A DNA stretch of 64,000 nt, taken from NCBI GenBank assembly GCA_963708075.1, contig OY970194.1:5824001-5888000 (forward strand), read 5' to 3'. Source of the stretch: Sedimentisphaerales bacterium. GTDB taxonomy: Bacteria > Planctomycetota > Phycisphaerae > Sedimentisphaerales > Anaerobacaceae. Positions 1 through 10,812 of the stretch are shown piece after piece. Numbering within the stretch: the stretch's first letter is position 1; every line of letters begins with the position of its first letter. A model generated the notes under the pieces. That model ran no database searches. It worked only from the letters and a program-made list of their open reading frames with translations, and was not told where the DNA came from. Position numbers and translations under genes: made by a program.

Positions 1-1
1 C

Positions 2-1303
2 ATGGGATTGGGCAAGACCGTGGAGGCGCTGGCGCTGATCCTGCACCGCGCGTCACAGGGACCGACCCTCGTGGCGGCGCCGACCAGCGTCTGTGCCAAC
101 TGGGTTTCCGAGTCGCAGCACTTCGCCCCGACCCTGCGGCCGATCCGCTTCGGCATCGGCGATCTCGGCCGGCGCGACGATGTCCTCAAGGCTCTCGGGC
201 CGTTCGATCTCCTGATTTGCTCGTACACGCTGCTTCAGCAGGAGGGCGATGCGATCAAGGACGTGCATTTTGCCACGATCGTCCTCGACGAGGCCCAAAT
301 GATCAAGAACGCCGCCACGAAGCGGTCCTCGGCCGCCATGAATCTCACGGGCGGGTTCCGCATGATCTGCACGGGCACGCCCATCGAGAACCGGCTCGCC
401 GAGCTGTGGAATCTGTTTCGCTTCATCAATCCCGGCCTGCTCGGCTCCGAGGAGCGCTTCCGCGAGCGGTTCGTGCGCCCCATCGAGGGCGGCCGCGATC
501 CGCACGCCAGCCACATCCTAAAGAGTCTGGTCCAGCCGTTCATCCTGCGGCGGACCAAGGCGCAGGTCCTCGAAGACCTGCCGTCTCGCACGGAGCTGAT
601 GCGTCTTGTTGAGCTCAGCGATGAAGAGCGCGCCCTGCACGAGTCCCTGCGTCAACGTGCCCTGGAGCGTCTCGAAGGCATGCGCGATGCACCCGCCGGA
701 CAGGCCCATATCCAGGTCCTGGCGGAGCTGATGAAGCTGCGGCGCTGCTGCTGCAACCCGCGGCTCGTCATGCCCGACTGCGGCCTGACCGGCTCCAAGC
801 TCGAGGCCTTCGCCGAGTTAGTAGATGAATTGCTCGATAACCAGCACAAGGCCCTGGTCTTCTCCCAGTTCGTCGATCATCTGACCCTGCTCCGCGAGCA
901 TCTGGACAAGCGGAAGATCCGCTACCAGTACCTGGACGGCCGGACGCTGCCCAAGACCCGCCAAAAGCGGATCGATGCATTCCAGAATGGCGACGGCGAC
1001 CTGTTCCTGATCTCGCTCAAGGCCGGCGGCCTCGGCCTGAACCTCACCGCCGCCGACTACGTGATCCACATGGATCCCTGGTGGAACCCGGCCGTCGAAG
1101 ACCAGGCCTCCGACCGCGCCCACCGCATCGGCCAGACCCGCCCGGTCACCATCTACCGCCTCGTCGCCGCCGACACCATCGAAGAGAAAATCGTCCAGCT
1201 CCACCACGCCAAGCGCGACCTCGCCGACTCGCTCCTCGAAGGCACCGACACCGCGCACACCCTCACCGCCGACGAGCTGATCGACCTGCTGCGGAACCGC
1301 TGA
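2..1303 (+). CDS. SNF2-family DEAD/DEAH helicase, C-terminal part (5' end outside window)
   Basis: Motif I MGLGKT, motif II LDEAQMIKN, TGTPIENRLAELW, HELICc motifs ISLKAGGLGLNL and DPWWNPAVEDQASDRAHRIGQ. Confidence 0.93.
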   Translation: MGLGKTVEALALILHRASQGPTLVAAPTSVCANWVSESQHFAPTLRPIRFGIGDLGRRDDVLKALGPFDLLICSYTLLQQEGDAIKDVHFATIVLDEAQMIKNAATKRSSAAMNLTGGFRMICTGTPIENRLAELWNLFRFINPGLLGSEERFRERFVRPIEGGRDPHASHILKSLVQPFILRRTKAQVLEDLPSRTELMRLVELSDEERALHESLRQRALERLEGMRDAPAGQAHIQVLAELMKLRRCCCNPRLVMPDCGLTGSKLEAFAELVDELLDNQHKALVFSQFVDHLTLLREHLDKRKIRYQYLDGRTLPKTRQKRIDAFQNGDGDLFLISLKAGGLGLNLTAADYVIHMDPWWNPAVEDQASDRAHRIGQTRPVTIYRLVAADTIEEKIVQLHHAKRDLADSLLEGTDTAHTLTADELIDLLRNR

Positions 1304-1405
1304 GAAGGCCGACGGTCCCTGCTCACTCGCAAAAGCTATGCGCGCACGCACAGTCTACAAGGAAAGGTACAGAAGGTGTGAGTAGGAACGTCCACCGCAG
1401 ATTGA

Positions 1406-1723
1406 TCAGCGCCGGCCGCTCCTTTGTGTCGCATGTCGGCCGAATCTGCCTGCCGCCTGCGCCGACTGTACAGATCGAAGGGGGTACTTCTCCGGGTGCT
1501 CGAGATTGTCGATCTCCAGGTCCGCGTCCAACTGGGGCCAGTACAGATGATAGCCGTGAAGCAACTGAACATCTTGTATAGCGCTTAGCGTCTGGTCTTT
1601 GAAGTAGGGGTACTCCTCATAGCTGAGGAAATACTCCTTTCCCTCAACAAACAGCCAGATGCCGAAGGGAGTGATGTTCTCAACGCTTGTGGAAATGGCT
1701 TTGCCACGCTTGGGCGATCTCAT
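1406..1723 (-). CDS. DUF2442 domain protein (putative antitoxin partner)
   Basis: ENITPFGIWL...EYFLSYEEYPYF...HLYWPQLDADL pattern; overlaps upstream DUF4160 gene; start at 1723 inferred. Confidence 0.75.
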   Translation of the reverse strand: MRSPKRGKAISTSVENITPFGIWLFVEGKEYFLSYEEYPYFKDQTLSAIQDVQLLHGYHLYWPQLDADLEIDNLEHPEKYPLRSVQSAQAAGRFGRHATQRSGRR

Positions 1724-1922
1724 GTCTGTGCGCCTCAACGATTCGCTGAATTTCAGTCAGTCTTCTTGCATTCAGTCCATGGGACACGGCCAGTGAAACG
1801 ATCGGCTCCAGCCAGAACTTGGCCTCGCCGTCTTCGCTGGTCACATGAATGTGAATCCTCACCTCTTCATTCGAGAGGAAGTAGAACCTGTATCCCTTTT
1901 CCCTGAATATCGAAGGACTCAT
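1680..1922 (-). CDS. DUF4160 domain protein (putative toxin partner)
   Basis: MSPSIFREKGYRFYFLSNEE..HIHV..EAKFWLEP..ending AWQSHF; 80 aa. Confidence 0.85.
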   Translation of the reverse strand: MSPSIFREKGYRFYFLSNEEVRIHIHVTSEDGEAKFWLEPIVSLAVSHGLNARRLTEIQRIVEAHRHEIAQAWQSHFHKR

Positions 1923-1998
1923 GTGATCAGCTTACCAATTTGACTCGGAAAAAGCAACGGCATCATCGGATCAATCTCTCTCAATGCCGACTGGGTCC

Positions 1999-2778
1999 TC
2001 AATCGGTCGTATCGAATCCCGGGCGGAGGAAGGCTCGGGCATTCGGAAAGGTGGATTCGACTTGGTGCAGTAAACGTCTGAGGGTGCTCGATGCGAAGAT
2101 GATGTCCTCGTGGTCGGGGAAGTGGCGCAGCAGGGTTGCCCAGGCGCCGATGGATCGCTCGATGCCAATGATGGCGACCTTCGCCGAGCCATCGGCGTCC
2201 TCTTGAAGGCATTCGAGGTCTTCGATCTCAGCGCGGATTGTCCCGCTGGCGGCTCGGCAGAGCTTGACATAAATCTGACGCTGGTACCAGCGGATAACTT
2301 CGAGACAGTCGCGAATGCCCGCCGCGTCGACGCTGGGGGTGTTGGCCTGGGCGGGCGACTCCAATTCATCGTCCTTGTCATCGGGAAGTCCCTCGTTCGA
2401 TTTGAACCAGCCATCGACGATTTCGATGTACTTCATGGCGATCCGGCTGTAGGGCTGGGACTGGGCCGCATCGCGCACCTCCTCGTGTTCGCGGATGCTC
2501 TCCTGGAGTTCCTCCTCGTCCATGTCGAAGTCCATTTCCTCCGCCTCGTCGTCGATCATTTCCATCGTGCTCTCGAAAGTCTCGTGCAGCTTGTCCCAGA
2601 ACGCCTCGTTCTCGGCGTTTCGCAATTGGAGGTTGCTGGATTCCATCTCTTGGCCCATCGCGTAGTTCATGCACCGCGACGTGAACGCGCATCGTTCACA
2701 CCATCGATCGCAGTAATTGTAAATGCCCGGGATGAACCTTGGGTCTCCACCAGGCTCGTCCATTCGTCTCTTGTCCAT
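1999..2778 (-). CDS. Conserved hypothetical protein with N-terminal Cys cluster
   Basis: GIYNYCDRWCERCAFTSRC motif, acidic middle, ARAFLRPGFD end; GAGGAG upstream of ATG 2778. Confidence 0.7.
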   Translation of the reverse strand: MDKRRMDEPGGDPRFIPGIYNYCDRWCERCAFTSRCMNYAMGQEMESSNLQLRNAENEAFWDKLHETFESTMEMIDDEAEEMDFDMDEEELQESIREHEEVRDAAQSQPYSRIAMKYIEIVDGWFKSNEGLPDDKDDELESPAQANTPSVDAAGIRDCLEVIRWYQRQIYVKLCRAASGTIRAEIEDLECLQEDADGSAKVAIIGIERSIGAWATLLRHFPDHEDIIFASSTLRRLLHQVESTFPNARAFLRPGFDTTD

Positions 2779-2922
2779 GCCTTGCAGCTCCTCGCAGTCG
2801 CCGCGTTCTTGAATCCACTGCGGCAATTCTGCGCACAAGCATATCATCGGCATGGACGGACCGCCAGCCACTTTTGAAGTCAGTCACACCTGAAGTGCGA
2901 GGCACCCTTGCCCAAGAGCGGC

Positions 2923-3738
2923 TCAGAACCGCACGAGCAGATTCAGACCGAGCTGGAGGCTCCAGTTGCGGGGCTCTACCCATTCGTAGCCGGGATCTGA
3001 CGGCACGGGCTCCGACTCCTCGACCCACCAGTACTGGATGAATGGCGCCACCGCAATGTCCAGGGAATCGGTCTTATGCCGCAATTCCACAGAGCCGCGG
3101 ATCCCGACCCCCGGCCATTGCCAGTTCTCCACGTTCGACGGGTCGGTTGAACTACGGGGGATTTCAGATATCTGCAGACCGACAATGAGCAGATCAAGCT
3201 CTGCCCCAAACTCGGCGTACCAGTTGCCGCCCAGCGGCCGATCCATCTTGAGGCCTAACGGCAGATAGAGGTAGTTCGAATGTCTCTTGTAGCCCAGCAG
3301 GTCCTGTGTAGAGTCGTCCTGGAGATATCGGTACCCAAGCCCGTAATGAAAATAATTCGCCCACGTGTCCGTATGCCACAGAGGGCCCCATAACACGCGT
3401 GCATTGATCAGCATGTCATCGTTGCCCTCCATGGTGTAGGGTGTCCCGTCCTGAAGGCCGCCATCGTAATCCACTTCGCCGACGGCGACTCCACCCTCCA
3501 GTTTAAGGATTCTGTCCGCCATGGGCCTCTGATAGTAGCGCGTGTAAGAGACGGATACGCCGTACAGCGTACCTTCCTCTTCCATAAGGCCGGGTTCCTC
3601 GTAGTGAAACCAGGAAACCTCCGGCGCTATGGCCCAGTGGGGGGCAGACAGCATTTCGCCGAGTTTCTGATTTGCCTGTGGATCGTCTGTAGTTGTTCCA
3701 GACAGGGCACACACCATCAACATGGAAAGCACGCTCAT
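2923..3738 (-). CDS. Outer-membrane beta-barrel protein (autotransporter-barrel-like)
   Basis: Signal peptide, amphipathic beta-strands rich in Tyr/Gly, C-terminal Phe (LQLGLNLLVRF). Confidence 0.7.
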   Translation of the reverse strand: MSVLSMLMVCALSGTTTDDPQANQKLGEMLSAPHWAIAPEVSWFHYEEPGLMEEEGTLYGVSVSYTRYYQRPMADRILKLEGGVAVGEVDYDGGLQDGTPYTMEGNDDMLINARVLWGPLWHTDTWANYFHYGLGYRYLQDDSTQDLLGYKRHSNYLYLPLGLKMDRPLGGNWYAEFGAELDLLIVGLQISEIPRSSTDPSNVENWQWPGVGIRGSVELRHKTDSLDIAVAPFIQYWWVEESEPVPSDPGYEWVEPRNWSLQLGLNLLVRF

Positions 3739-4126
3739 ACTATACCTCCGCTTTCATTGCATAAGACCGCATTCGTCAGTCCGCCTCTGTTCGCCCAATC
3801 GTACACCTGGACCAGGCGCAGGCGAATCCGGAGAGACAAATCTCCGCCACGTACTCGTTCATCGGCAGGCGACATGTGTGTGTTTAGGCGAAAACGAATG
3901 CGAATCCCAAAAAAAACTCGATTCAGATTCCGCCCCCTGCGGGCTCTTCCATTCGTCTTTTGTCCATTATGGATATCCACCGTTTTAGCTCAGAATATCC
4001 CTTACGCCCGTTCGCATCCGAAACCAGTAGTGTGAGTAGTTGCCAATGGGTGCGGGTTCGAGCAGGGCGCTCGTTGGCGTGGCAATACCGAGGGATACCG
4101 ATCCATCTGCCAGGGAGGGTGAGTAT

Positions 4127-5980
4127 ATGCTCCTCGTTCGCATCGCTGTTCTCCTGATGGTTGTTGGGATGGTGAGCGCAGGCCGGACGTGGGGGCGCAT
4201 CTACTACGCTGCTCCGGAATCTCAGGCGCAAAGCACGGTTCCGGGGCGTCCGAATGACGGCCTCGATCCGTCCAGGCCGTTTCTCATTGCGGACTTCTGC
4301 CGGGTCGCCCAAGCCGGAGATACACTGCTTCTGCTCGATGGCCGGTACACCGGACCATTATCCATGATCTACATAGATACCGGCAGGCCCGCGAATGGAA
4401 CGGCGAGCCAGCCGATCACCATTCGTGCGATGAATGACGGAAACGTGCTGATCGACGGCGAAGGACAATCTCTCCCGCTCTGGATTGCAGGCGCAAAAGG
4501 GTCGCCGAAGCGACGCTTTATCATCGAGGGCATCAACGTGTGCAACAGCGCGTATCACGTCGTATCGCTGAGCCGGTGCGAGGACTGCGTGGTCAGGCGG
4601 GTATGTGCCTGGGGCGCGAATCCGGATGGCAACGCGCACGTGTACACGCTGGACCGCACGTTTCGTTGCCTGGTGGAGGACTGTGCGGCGTGGGGACTCG
4701 GCCGCAAGCAACTGCTGATTTACGGCGGCTCTGAAAACCAGGACGAGCTGTACGGCGCCGACAACATCGCGCGCCGGTTCTGGTGCCGCTGGGAGGGAAC
4801 GCGGGGCGAGTACCACTCGGAGAATATCTCCTTTCAGTACCGGGCCACCGGCAGCCTGCTGGAGAATGTGATTTGCACCTATGACGCCTGCGAGAGCATC
4901 GACTATCCATCGGACTGGACGTTTTCCGGCTTCTTCTACACGGACGGTCCGGCGGAACACATCGTCAATACGAGGCTGCTGGGATGCATCGGATACGCGC
5001 CACGTGAGAGCAACCTGCTGTCGCCCTACATATTCCTGATCACGGGCACGGACGTGCTCGATGTGACGCTGCGCGACTGCCTCAGTTATGTTGCTCCGCT
5101 GCGCAGCCGGGGCTTGACGGAAAATGAGGTGAGCGGCCTTGTGACCTACCCGCGCTACTACGATAGCGTGCAGGCTGAACATCTGACGGTTGTGGGCGGC
5201 GTCGGTATTCGGCTCGGCGCTCGCGATGGCCGGGTCGAGCCGGCCGGACCCGTAGTGCGGAACGCCCTGATCATGAAGACAGTCGATCCGATGCAGGCCA
5301 TACACGGCGCTATTGTGGGGAACCGGTATGTGGACACGGTCTACTTCTTCAACAACGCGAAGAACTTCGAGTACAGTCTCTCGCTTGCGGACGTGCCGAG
5401 CCACATCCTGAGCCCGCCGGGTTTTGAGGGCGCCCATGCGTCTCTATCGGCTGTCAATCAGTCCTGGCGAACGGCCGAGGGCATTGACCCGCAGCTTGAC
5501 ATATGTGGTCGGAGCCTGCTGCGACCATACACATCGCCGGCGCTGCGACACGCGGCGCCGGATGGCAGCGATGTGGGGGCACGGCTGTGGTTTCGCTACA
5601 CCAACGGTGTGCTCAAGGACGGTAAGACCGGCGGTGAGGTCCAATACCTCTGGCCCTGGCCCATGGAAGACCGCATCTGGCGAGCGACTCAGGAGTACCA
5701 TCGGCTGGACCCCGCGAACCATCCCCCTGCGGTGAACGTCACCAGAGAAGTCTTGACACTGGACGGCGGATCGCTTCCCGGCGACTTCGATGCCGACGGC
5801 GATATCGACGCTACCGACCGCGCCGCCTTCGAACGCTATCGCGCAAAATCAGCGACCCGGATTGCCGATGCGGAAGGCTACTGCTTTGATTTCGACGAAG
5901 ACGGCGACATCGACAGCAACGACAAGCGCGTGTTCGACACATGGTACGGCTATAAGGGGGCGGACTCCGTTCACCAATAG
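4127..5980 (+). CDS. Secreted right-handed beta-helix (pectin-lyase-fold) protein with C-terminal EF-hand/dockerin-like repeats
   Basis: Signal peptide, AQAGDTLLLLDGRY and GTASQPITIRA beta-helix start, DFDADGDID and DFDEDGDID loops; GGAGGG RBS. Confidence 0.75.
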   Translation: MLLVRIAVLLMVVGMVSAGRTWGRIYYAAPESQAQSTVPGRPNDGLDPSRPFLIADFCRVAQAGDTLLLLDGRYTGPLSMIYIDTGRPANGTASQPITIRAMNDGNVLIDGEGQSLPLWIAGAKGSPKRRFIIEGINVCNSAYHVVSLSRCEDCVVRRVCAWGANPDGNAHVYTLDRTFRCLVEDCAAWGLGRKQLLIYGGSENQDELYGADNIARRFWCRWEGTRGEYHSENISFQYRATGSLLENVICTYDACESIDYPSDWTFSGFFYTDGPAEHIVNTRLLGCIGYAPRESNLLSPYIFLITGTDVLDVTLRDCLSYVAPLRSRGLTENEVSGLVTYPRYYDSVQAEHLTVVGGVGIRLGARDGRVEPAGPVVRNALIMKTVDPMQAIHGAIVGNRYVDTVYFFNNAKNFEYSLSLADVPSHILSPPGFEGAHASLSAVNQSWRTAEGIDPQLDICGRSLLRPYTSPALRHAAPDGSDVGARLWFRYTNGVLKDGKTGGEVQYLWPWPMEDRIWRATQEYHRLDPANHPPAVNVTREVLTLDGGSLPGDFDADGDIDATDRAAFERYRAKSATRIADAEGYCFDFDEDGDIDSNDKRVFDTWYGYKGADSVHQ

Positions 5981-6045
5981 CGATGCCTCCTCAGTCACCG
6001 CGCTATCTGTATGCATTCTCAGAAATTCTTGTGCGACGTGGACTC

Positions 6046-6130
6046 TGTCATCCTGAGGCGATGCCGAAGGATCTGGGCTGAGGCGGGAACAAGCATCGCT
6101 CATATCCACTACTCAGATTCTTCGCTCCTC
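6046..6130. repeat. Degenerate TGTCAT-class palindromic repeat
   Basis: TGTCATCCTGAG..CGAAGGATCT...AGATTCTTCG arms; related to the element at 48790. Confidence 0.5.
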
Positions 6131-6153
6131 TGAAAAAAACGCGGCGTTGACGT

Positions 6154-6228
6154 GTAGGGTGGGTTCTCAACCCACGCGTCCAGGAATGCGTAGCTCGAAA
6201 AACCGCGTGGGTCAAGGACCCACCCTAC
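6154..6228. repeat. GTAG-class REP doublet (REPIN-like)
   Basis: GTAGGGTGGGTTCTCAACCCACGCG...CGCGTGGGTCAAGGACCCACCCTAC; arms are the reverse complement of the copy at 45027. Confidence 0.85.
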
Positions 6229-6339
6229 GAGCGGTCCGAGGCCATTTTCATCTTCGTGTGGTGAGCCGAAGGTCCACGATGGGCTTCGTTCAGCATGACA
6301 GATGGGGGCTGGGGCGTCGCGGGATGTAGTCGCACACAG

Positions 6340-7884
6340 TCACCACCACTTGGGGTTGTTTTCCAGGAACTCGATGACGGCCTGGTACTTGGGGGCCTCG
6401 GCGGGGGGCTGGCCGTGGTGTTCCATCAGGCCCCAGGAACCCCATTTGGACCAGGTGCCCGTGGAGGAGAAAATCACGGCAAGCGTGCCGCCATTGGCCT
6501 TCCAGCCGGCGAGGTAATCGAGGTAGAGGTCTTTCATTCGCGGGTGGCGATTGGCGGCGTGGAAGAGGTCCTCCATGGGCTTGTTGTTCTCGGCCCCGCC
6601 GTGACCGACGAGATGCTGGCCCGCTTCGTAGGCGACCAGGCGTAAGCCCCTCTGTTTGGCGATGCGCGCCTGCTCGGCGATGGTCTTGTTGCCTTCCTCG
6701 ATGTACTCGGCGCACTTGTCGAGAACCTGATCGACGGTCATCTGGGCGGTCTCATTTTGCCTCGCCGGATCGCCGAGGGCGTTGCCGAAGTAGGGGGCGA
6801 TGCCGAGCACATCCGCGTGCTTGTACGCCTCCTCAAAGTCAATCACCTGCCCGCTGGTCCAGGGGTTTGCGCTCTGAGCGGCCAGGACGCGGACAAGGCG
6901 GTCCGTGCCGCCGAAGACCTCTTGCCAAATCTTGAAGATTTCAACGGATCGTTTGGAGTAGTAGCGCAGTTGCGCCTGAAAATCGTTGTCGCTGAGGCCG
7001 AGCGCCTTGCCTTTGTCCCGACAGTAGCCGGCCTGGGCGAAGATGCCGTTCCAGCATTCGTTGGAATACTCGATGTAGACTTTCAGGTTGGGGTCGAGCT
7101 GGGCTTTGACCATCTGAGCGAAGCTGCGAATGTAGTCGTCCGTCGCTATGTGCGGCATGCAGAACCACGGGTCGGCGTCGAGCGTGTCCGCTATTTGGAT
7201 GAGGTACTCGAGAGCGACGCCGGCCTCGCCGCCCTGCGTCTGTATGTCCCGCGTCGGGCGGTCGGACCAGTTCGTCTGCTCGGAGTTGTTGGTCCGCTGC
7301 ATGTCCATGAAGCGCAGGACCTTGAACTTCTCCCATCGCTTGAGGAACTCCGGGTGGAAAGGCTGGTCCTTGTACGTGTCTTCGAATCCCGGCAGGACCA
7401 TGCGGATGTTCCTGATCGGGTCGGCGGGATTTGTCTCCGTGATGCGCAGGGTCAGCAGATCCTGTTCGGCATTAACCTGGACCCGGATGCGCCCCGGCTG
7501 CTCCTCGACAACCTTGGTTCGATAGGCGAACTGGATCTTGCCCTGTCCCTCATAGACGCAGGTGTACACGCCGGCGGGGTAGCCGAGCGGCGGCCGGCTG
7601 AGGACGATCGAATCGGCGAAGTGGCCATCGCCGCGGAGCGAGCGGACCCAGCCGGTCTCCGTCAGGTCCAGCGGGCCGCCCTGGTCATAACCCTTGCCCG
7701 GGGCCTGGCTCTTCCATGTCTGCGAATGTCTGAACAAATCGACAAACACGATCTCCGAGGACCAGTATGTCACCCCGGCGATGTTGATGCCCAAGGCCGA
7801 ATTGTCATTCTCAGCCGCACGCACCCGGACTGTACCGAGTACAAGCAGAGCCAGTAATCCGAGGCAGGCGATACGCGTCTTCAT
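6340..7884 (-). CDS. Secreted cellulose-binding-protein-like TIM-barrel protein (putative glycoside hydrolase)
   Basis: Signal peptide MKTRIACLGLL, LRFMD, VYIEYSNECWN, LVAYEAGQHL, WGSWGLME motifs; GAAGGAG RBS. Confidence 0.7.
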   Translation of the reverse strand: MKTRIACLGLLALLVLGTVRVRAAENDNSALGINIAGVTYWSSEIVFVDLFRHSQTWKSQAPGKGYDQGGPLDLTETGWVRSLRGDGHFADSIVLSRPPLGYPAGVYTCVYEGQGKIQFAYRTKVVEEQPGRIRVQVNAEQDLLTLRITETNPADPIRNIRMVLPGFEDTYKDQPFHPEFLKRWEKFKVLRFMDMQRTNNSEQTNWSDRPTRDIQTQGGEAGVALEYLIQIADTLDADPWFCMPHIATDDYIRSFAQMVKAQLDPNLKVYIEYSNECWNGIFAQAGYCRDKGKALGLSDNDFQAQLRYYSKRSVEIFKIWQEVFGGTDRLVRVLAAQSANPWTSGQVIDFEEAYKHADVLGIAPYFGNALGDPARQNETAQMTVDQVLDKCAEYIEEGNKTIAEQARIAKQRGLRLVAYEAGQHLVGHGGAENNKPMEDLFHAANRHPRMKDLYLDYLAGWKANGGTLAVIFSSTGTWSKWGSWGLMEHHGQPPAEAPKYQAVIEFLENNPKWW

Positions 7885-7894
7885 TTCGTCTCCT

Positions 7895-10609
7895 TCAGCG
7901 AGGCAGTTGTGAGATGAACTCGTACGTCCCCGATTCGACCTCGAAGACGACGTAGTTGTCCTCCAGACGGAGGAAGCGAGTATGGTCGGCCGTGTGGATG
8001 TAGTCTGGACCTTCCTTGACCGCCTTCTCGTGATCACTCGGAATGTACACGGTCGCAGTGGAGTTCACGGGCACGGCAACCTTCAGAACGAACTTCTCGC
8101 CCTTGATTTCCCACTCGCTTCTGATCGTGCCGTACATGGACTCATGCTCAGCGCGGACCCACTTCACATCGCCCAGCCGTTGTGGCTTGATCGAGAAATG
8201 CTTGAAGCCGACCGCCTCAGGATCAGCCACGATGCCGGCCAGAGCCTCGTAGAACCAGGCGCTGATGTGTCCGTACATGATGTGATTGCGCGAGGCATTG
8301 CCGTCCCATTGTTCCCAGAGCGTGGTCGCGCCTTCGCTGAGCCAGCGAACCCAGCTCGGATAATCGGTCTTGGTGGCCATCGTGCAGACGACATCGGCCC
8401 GGCCGCCGGCAGTCAGGCAATCGATCAGGTACTTGGTGCCCAGGATGCCGGCGTCGAGATGACCGTCGGCCTTCTCGATCGAGGCCACGAGGTTACCCAG
8501 GACGCGCTCCTGCTCCGCCGGCGGAACAAGTCCGTGATACAGGGCACAGCTCATCGCCGTCTGCGTGCCGCCGGCGTAGAGGCCGGTCTTGGAATCGTAG
8601 AACTCTTTGTTGAATGCATCGCGGATCGCCAGGGCCAGGTCACCGTACTTTTGCGCATCCTCCGCGTTTCCGAGCAGCCCGGCGGCCTTCGAGACGATCA
8701 GTGCATCGCGGTAGTAGTAGCCGGTGGAGGTGACCCTCTCCGGCGTGGTGGTCTTGGCGGGGGCCCAGTCGCCCAGGCCGATGGCGACGATATGGTCTTT
8801 GGCCTTGCTCGTGAGATAATCCACGTATCGCTTGAGCCTGTCATAGTGTTCGGCCAGGGTGCGCGTGTCGCCCTCGTACTGGTACAGGTACCAGGGGATC
8901 AGGACGTAGGCGCTGTCCCAGGCGGGCCCGTTGCCCCATTGGTAGCCCCAGCCGGCGGTCGGCACGATGCCCGGCAGCTCGCCGCTGGGCCGCTGCTCAT
9001 CCTTCAGATCGTTGAGCCACTTGGCGTAGGCCGGGGCGGCGTGGAAGTTGTACAGCCCGGTCTCGGCCGCCAGGTGCGCGTCGCCCGTCCAGCCGTTCTT
9101 CTCGCGATGCGGACAGTCCGTCGGATAGCCGACGAAGTTGCTGATGTACGACCATAACGTGTTCTGCTGGATGCGGTTGAACAGGTCGTTCGAGCACTCG
9201 AAGGAGCCGGCCCGCTCGAACGCGGTATTGACGACCCTCGCCTCGAGCGTGTTGAGGTCGGGCTTGCCCGGCAGGCCGGTCACTTCGACGTACTGGAACC
9301 CGTGGTACATGAATCGCGGCTCCCACACCTCTGTGCCCTGGCCCTTGAGGATGTACGTGTCCGTTTGCGCCTTGCCGGTCTTGATGTGCTGAGCGATCTC
9401 CTTCTGATCGAGCGTGCCGTCCTCATTGAGCCGCTCGCCATATTTGAGAACCACCTCGGTCCCCGCCCGCCCGGATACTCTCAGACGCGTCCACCCCGCC
9501 ATGTTCTGGCCTGTGTCGAGAACGTACACGCCGGGCGTGGGCTCCGTGATCTTAGCCGGCCTGAAGCTTTTCGTAACCTTGATGGCCGGCAGCATCTGGG
9601 CCCGCAACTCGCCCTTGGGGCCGGAGTCGATCTCGGCCAGCGGCCAATTGCTGTCGTCGTAGTCACCCGCGTCCCAGCCGGGCTTTTCCAGACGCGCGTC
9701 GTATGTCTCTCCATTGCGGATGCCATCGAAGACGATCGGCCCGGTGGTCACCCGCCACGTCGCATCGCTGGCGATAGTTCTCGTGGAGCCGTCCTCAAAC
9801 GTGACTTCAAGCTGGCAGCGCAGGACAGGCCTGTCCCGCCACGGGGCCTTGTCGAAATCCCACACGCAGTGCGTGTGTACGTTGTACCACCCGTTGCCGA
9901 GGATCACGCCGAGCGCGTTGGCTCCCTTCTTCAACTGGTCCGTGACGTCATAGGTGACGTAGAGCGCTCGTCGGTCGTACCGAGTGAAAGCCGGATCGAG
10001 CACGTGGTCGCCGACCTTGGCGCCGTTGAGACGCAACTCGTAGTAGCCCAAGCCGCAGATGTATACACGCGCGCTGACTGGCTGCTGCGAGAGGATGAAT
10101 CCCTTTCGAAACAGCGGCGCAGGTTGTGCACTCTTGTCCTCATCCTTGCCGGGGACACTGATCCACTTACCCTTCCAGTCCTCCGGCGTGAGCAGGCCCA
10201 TCTCCCAGACCGCCGGGTCGCTGAACGCGGTGGTCTTGCCGTCCTTGTCCCAGATGCGCACCTTCCAGTAGCATCGCGTGCGCGACGAGATCGGCCGGCC
10301 GGCATAAGCGACGTGGATGGACTGGTCGGACGTGACTTTGCCCGTGTCCCACAGGTCGGCCCGGTCGTCCCGGAGCATCCGCCCGTCCGTCGCCACGAGG
10401 ACCTGATATGCCGTCTGCTTCTGCCCGCGCCACGCCGACTGCAGCTTCCAGCTCAGCCGCGGCTGTGCCACGTCGATTCCCACCGGGTCCGCCATGTACT
10501 CGCACTGCAGGTCCGTCACCTGCACATCGCTCACCAACTGCGGCAGCCCCGCCGCAAACGCCGAGACCGTCATCACCTGAGCCAGAACAATCGCCGCAAA
10601 CCGAACCAT
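7895..10609 (-). CDS. Alpha-L-rhamnosidase, GH78
   Basis: PRLSWK N-domain, PTDCPHREKNGWTGDA, GATTLWEQW, SRNHIMYG motifs; signal peptide; GGAGG RBS. Confidence 0.92.
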   Translation of the reverse strand: MVRFAAIVLAQVMTVSAFAAGLPQLVSDVQVTDLQCEYMADPVGIDVAQPRLSWKLQSAWRGQKQTAYQVLVATDGRMLRDDRADLWDTGKVTSDQSIHVAYAGRPISSRTRCYWKVRIWDKDGKTTAFSDPAVWEMGLLTPEDWKGKWISVPGKDEDKSAQPAPLFRKGFILSQQPVSARVYICGLGYYELRLNGAKVGDHVLDPAFTRYDRRALYVTYDVTDQLKKGANALGVILGNGWYNVHTHCVWDFDKAPWRDRPVLRCQLEVTFEDGSTRTIASDATWRVTTGPIVFDGIRNGETYDARLEKPGWDAGDYDDSNWPLAEIDSGPKGELRAQMLPAIKVTKSFRPAKITEPTPGVYVLDTGQNMAGWTRLRVSGRAGTEVVLKYGERLNEDGTLDQKEIAQHIKTGKAQTDTYILKGQGTEVWEPRFMYHGFQYVEVTGLPGKPDLNTLEARVVNTAFERAGSFECSNDLFNRIQQNTLWSYISNFVGYPTDCPHREKNGWTGDAHLAAETGLYNFHAAPAYAKWLNDLKDEQRPSGELPGIVPTAGWGYQWGNGPAWDSAYVLIPWYLYQYEGDTRTLAEHYDRLKRYVDYLTSKAKDHIVAIGLGDWAPAKTTTPERVTSTGYYYRDALIVSKAAGLLGNAEDAQKYGDLALAIRDAFNKEFYDSKTGLYAGGTQTAMSCALYHGLVPPAEQERVLGNLVASIEKADGHLDAGILGTKYLIDCLTAGGRADVVCTMATKTDYPSWVRWLSEGATTLWEQWDGNASRNHIMYGHISAWFYEALAGIVADPEAVGFKHFSIKPQRLGDVKWVRAEHESMYGTIRSEWEIKGEKFVLKVAVPVNSTATVYIPSDHEKAVKEGPDYIHTADHTRFLRLEDNYVVFEVESGTYEFISQLPR

Positions 10610-10812
10610 TTCACATACCTCCAACGTTGCGTTCTGAAATGCTCCTCATCGCAGGCATTGTCCCGCAGGACCCGATGGAAATCAAGGACTCGTTCTGCAA
10701 TACGGGTGGGTCATGGGCGTCTATTGACGGGTTCTTGCTTCGTAAGTAGGTTGATGACATGGCTTGGCTGGCACGCGGTGGCTTGGCCAGGTCAATTGGT
10801 GGCGGAAGAGAC

